Below are positions 1 to 64,000 of a DNA stretch of 64,000 bases, piece by piece. The DNA comes from Eledone cirrhosa (taxonomy: Eukaryota), in contig OZ024751.1 of the NCBI GenBank assembly GCA_964016885.1, positions 24,242,001 through 24,306,000 of the forward strand. The letters run 5' to 3'. Positions within the stretch are counted from its first letter, which is position 1; every line of letters starts with the position of its first letter. The notes under the pieces are model-generated. The model ran no database searches, had not been told where the DNA came from, and was given only the letters and a program-made list of their open reading frames with translations. Made by a program: the position numbers and the translations under genes.

Positions 1-444
1 CCAGTAATGTACTGAGATAATTACTGGCCTTGTGCCAAAAGTAGAAACAATTATTATTATTCCTCTTCAGCGAAGCCCCGATTAACTTTTTCAGATTTCA
101 CTTGAAGAGGAAAATCAAGAAGGAGAGGGAAGTGCTGCCTTGCAACAAGTTTGTTGAAAAGTGGGCGAGAGTGGAAAGCATGGTCCTTGTGAATGGGCCT
201 GCCTCGGGCATACGCTTGTACATTGGAGAAGAAAAACTTGGAAAGGGCACTTTACCCTAGCAGACAAGGTGAACGTCGCCTTTGTGGGATTTCTAAATGA
301 GTAACCCTTAGAGTCTCCTCTCCTTTGGAGAATTTGTTATGTTTGTTTTAAATGTTTATTTTCTTAGCCTGTTTCTGATCTTACAGGGTGCTAATTTGAA
401 AGCAAGAGACTGAGGGACTCTTAGTTGCTGCATGTGACCAATCT

Positions 445-865
445 CTAAACACTGTGACAACTCACCGAGAAATCACTGCCAACAGACCAGATATCATCAT
501 AAAAAAAACAAAGCAGATCGGACATGTAGCCTTATAGATATATTCATACCAGCTGACAAGAATACATCTGTAAAAATAATGAAAAAAACTGTCAAAATAC
601 AAAGACCTGGAAATAAAGATCAACCACATGTGGTGGATGACCACAAACACTATCCCTGTAGTTATAGGAGCTTTAGGGTTAATACCCAAATCATCAGACC
701 AGCACCTTAGCATCCTTCCTTGTAAGATCAGCAAATATGAGCTACAGAAGATCGGGCTACTAGAAACAGCACACATTCTCAGACGAGTTCTCTCTCTACA
801 ATGAAAACATCTATAGCTCTAGGTTCAAGGCCTGAACCTGGTAATAGAGAAACAAAACTGATCTA
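445..865 (+). mobile_element. Degenerate 3' fragment of an RLE-type (R4/Dong-like) non-LTR retrotransposon
   Basis: Frameshifted 'ITANRPDIII', 'KYKDLEIKINHMW', 'IPVVIGALG', 'LQKIGLLETAHILRRVLSL*'; followed by (AAC/AAT)n. Confidence 0.8.
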
Positions 866-884
866 AACAACAACAACAATAATG

Positions 885-926
<42 letters not shown>

Positions 927-930
<4 letters not shown>

Positions 931-1375
931 TAGATGCAAATAGACCTGATATAATATTGAAGGACTTTAAAAAGAGGGTATCCCTGCTAATTGATATGTC
1001 CGTTCCAATAGACAAGAATGTATCTATAAAAACATTTGAAAAATTGAGCAAGTATAAGGACCTGGAGATAGAAATTGGAAAAATGTGGAAATTGAAAACT
1101 AAAACAATACCTAAGGGGTCTAATGATTACTTATCGCAAATCCCAGGAAACCTGCGTATAGGAGAAATACAAAAGATAGTACTAATGGGAACTGCCCATA
1201 TACTAAGGAAGATTCTGTCAATATAAGTACATCACAAGTCTAAACACTAAAGATGCATGTGTGAGTATGTATGTTCTTTCTTGAACATGGCGGACCTTGT
1301 TGTCTCTTGAGATCACTGGTTGTGACTTGGTGATAACTCGTATGAACATAAAGCAAGATAAATGCAGCTGTAATA
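927..1375 (+). mobile_element. 5'-truncated R4/Dong-like LINE (RLE endonuclease C-terminus plus 3' UTR)
   Basis: NRPDIILKD...LLIDMSVP...EKLSKYKDL (PD-D/ExK endonuclease); flanked by (AAT)n; 3' UTR repeated at ~1415-1580. Confidence 0.85.
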
Positions 1376-1619
1376 ATAATAATAATAAGATTCTGTCAAT
1401 ATAATTACATCACAGATTCTGTCAATATAAGTACATCACAAGTCTAAACACCTAAAGATGCATGTGTGAGTATGTATGTTCTTTCTTGAACATGGCGGAC
1501 CTTGTTGTCTCTTGAGGTCACTGGTTGTGACTTGGTGATAACTCGTGTGAACATAAAGCAAGATAAATGCAGCTGTAATAATAATAATAATAATAATATA
1601 ATAATAATAATAACAACAA

Positions 1620-2480
1620 GGAGAAAGAGCAGCCTTCATGAAAAATCCCTTCATAGTACCTTCTATAAGAAAACTGAATTTAGAGATCCACAGACATGGA
1701 ACTGGTTAAAAAGAGGAAACCTTAAAAAAGCTACAGAAGGAATGCTAATGGCTGCGCAAGAGCAGGCCCTCAGAACGAAGTGGATGAAACACCATATTTA
1801 CAAGGTGGAGGCTAGCCCACTGTGTAGGATCTGTGGAGAGAGAGAAGCGACTCTGGCTCACATTGTATCCGAGTGTAAACATCTAGCCCAGACTCACTAT
1901 AAAGGCTGGAGACATGATGTGATGGACAGGCTGATCCACTGGCACCTATGCAAAGTAAACAATTTACCACATTCTGAGAAGTGGTATGAGCATAAGCCAG
2001 AGTCGGTGATAGAAAACGATGAGGTGAAGGTGCTGTGGGATTTTAGGATACAGACGGACAAGAAATTAGAACACAATAGGCCTGACCTGGTGGTTTGGGA
2101 CAAGGAAAAAAGATCGTGCCTGATTGTGGATATGGCCTGCCCATTCGACACGAGAGTGCAAGAAAAGGAGAGGGAGAAAATTAACCGATACCAGGACTTA
2201 AAGTGGGAGTTAAAAAGGATTTGGAACTGCCATGAGGTCAAAGTGGTCCCGATTGTCATAGGCGCACTAGGTACTATCTCAAAGAGTTTCCAAGGATGGT
2301 TAAAGAAGATTAGTCCAGCCTCGCCTTTTGAAACACTTCAAAAGGCATGCTTGCTGGGAACAGCAAGAACCCTGCGGTACGTCCTGAATATCTGAGGCTG
2401 CAGGTAGCGGCCTGATATTCATTTCAACAAACTTTCCAGTTAAATAACATCAATGACTGAGACTCAAAGAGCAGCAACAA
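1620..2480 (+). mobile_element. 5'-truncated R4/Dong-like LINE with intact zinc knuckle and RLE domain
   Basis: ORF to 2395: CRICGEREATLAHIVSEC (CCHC), RHD, RPDLVVWD...IVDMACP...EK..RY; flanked by (AAT)n. Confidence 0.92.
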
Positions 2481-3239
2481 TAATAATAATATTAATAATA
2501 ATAACAACAACAACAGTAACAGCAACAGTAGTGACAACGACATAAAAATAGTTTCTCCTTTTTATATTCTGTCTGTGTTTTCCGGCTAAATATGTTTGAT
2601 CAATATTGCAGTGGAAGAAACTATAAGACTAATCCGACATGTACTAAATTATAATTACTTTGAAGCTTGATTAAGCAGAAGTACTATTTTTTAATCGTAT
2701 TTTTTTCTTCTTAAATATAGAGTCAATATTTTTCTTGTACCCATGTAGCATAAAGAGAATATAAATGTTTATAACATTCTATGTAAGATTATATTTGTGA
2801 AGGAAATATAATTAAATGAATCGTTGAGGCATAAACAAAAGGATTAGCATCAATGTGTGTTTTCATATGCCAACATGACTCAGATAAAGTTCAACTCAGC
2901 AGTGCCCATACTTTCTCAAAAAAAAACACATGAAAACCAGAGATGACTGAGTGATTAAAACATTCTCTTAGCAATCAACGGAGGGTCAGAGTTCAGGTTT
3001 CCATTCCACTGTGCAGCATCTTAAGCAAGTGTTGTTCTCGTTACAAATTTTATACTTTTCTGAATGTTAAAGATACCTTTACTAAAATTAATAGTAAATA
3101 TAAAATATAAAAAATAAAAAAATAGCGTAGACAACATCTAATGACCGTGCCCCAGTATGGCCTCAGCCAGACGTCTGAAACATGTAAAAAAGTAAAAGAG
3201 TATGTACATGGTGTACAAAACAAACTGAGTAGGACTTAC

Positions 3240-63080
<59,841 letters not shown>

Positions 63081-63385
63081 CGTTATTGGTTACACTTCAA
63101 CGATCTGATAGAAAGAAGGAAAAATAGTCATTAACTATATATATACGATATTAATAAATGGAAACTATATTTATAAAACCATATTTATTTCATTATACAT
63201 ATTTCAGGGATACCAAATTAAATTATGGTATGCCTTCATCAGACAAAATACAATATATAACAGTTTTACAAATAAACTTTGACGTATCCTATTAATATGC
63301 AACCACTATCCGGATGGCTTCCAAAAATAATGGTTGCATTTTAATAGGGTACGTCAAAGCTTATTTGTAAAACTGTTATATATTG

Positions 63386-63450
63386 TATTTTGTCTGATGA
63401 AGGCATACCATAATTTAATTTGGTATCCCTGAAATATGTATAATGAAATA
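63386..63450 (+). ncRNA. Type I hammerhead motif (family C), mirrored on the minus strand at ~63186-63250
   Basis: TATTTTGT CTGATGA AGG-CATACCA...TGGTATC-CCT GAAA TATGT ATA ATGAAATA. Confidence 0.75.
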
Positions 63451-64000
63451 AATATGGTTTTATAAATATAGTTTCCATTTATTAATATCGTACATCTACT
63501 CCAAATACTTGTCGAGTGCTTTATATCAGTTATAAAAATATTTACTTGTTGTATCCCAACAATTTTAAATAGAACTTTTGCCTATATTTATATATATATA
63601 ATTGTTTCTACTTTAAGCACAAGGCCAGCAATTTTAGGGGAAGGGAAAAATCGATTAAATCGACCCCAGTGCATTACTAGTGCTTTATTTATCGACCTGG
63701 AAAGGCTGAAAAGCAAAGCAAAACTCGGCAGGATTTGAACTCAGAACGTAAAAGGCCGTAACTCTATGATGCGAAGCATGTTGTCCGATACTCTATCGAT
63801 GCAGATTAATTTGAATTAGTTAATCAGTAAGTGAGACACTGAGTTAGTCAATCAGTTACTTAGTAAATCAATTAGTTATATAGATACTTAGTAATCTAGC
63901 TAGATAGTCAGATAGCTACTGAGTTAGTGGGTTAGTTATTTAATCAATCAGCTAGTTGATTAATTAGATAGATAGTTAGTGAATTAGATAGATGCTTAAT

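Noticed and set aside
1502-1620. N-terminal part of the 297-aa ORF as a host gene start
   Set aside because: It reads through a duplicated LINE 3' UTR and (AAT)n; only the downstream part is LINE coding sequence.

Overview
AT-rich, repeat-dense animal genomic DNA. The SINE, LINE and microsatellite content suggests an octopus or other coleoid cephalopod (inference). Almost the whole window lies inside one minus-strand gene, an ECT2L orthologue (F-box, DUF4347-like region, RhoGEF/DH, PH). I traced 21 phase-compatible coding exons by hand from the ATG at 63080 down to 3240, plus one doubtful exon. The last coding exon(s) lie left of the window and the 5' UTR exon lies right of it. Introns hold tRNA-derived SINEs, truncated R4/Dong-like, RTE and CR1 LINEs, Tc1/mariner, pogo, hAT and piggyBac-like MITEs, Helitrons and minisatellites. 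The most striking unannotated signal is a set of at least 7 sequence-unrelated families of 200-570 bp non-coding elements inserted in (TA)n tracts. Many are long near-perfect palindromes carrying minimal type I hammerhead ribozyme motifs (CUGAnGA...GAAA, palindromic stem III, compensatory changes between copies) and a shared 3' ACTC...GAGTRC hairpin. They are probably derived from Penelope-like element terminal repeats. All coordinates were counted by hand; repeat boundaries are approximate.
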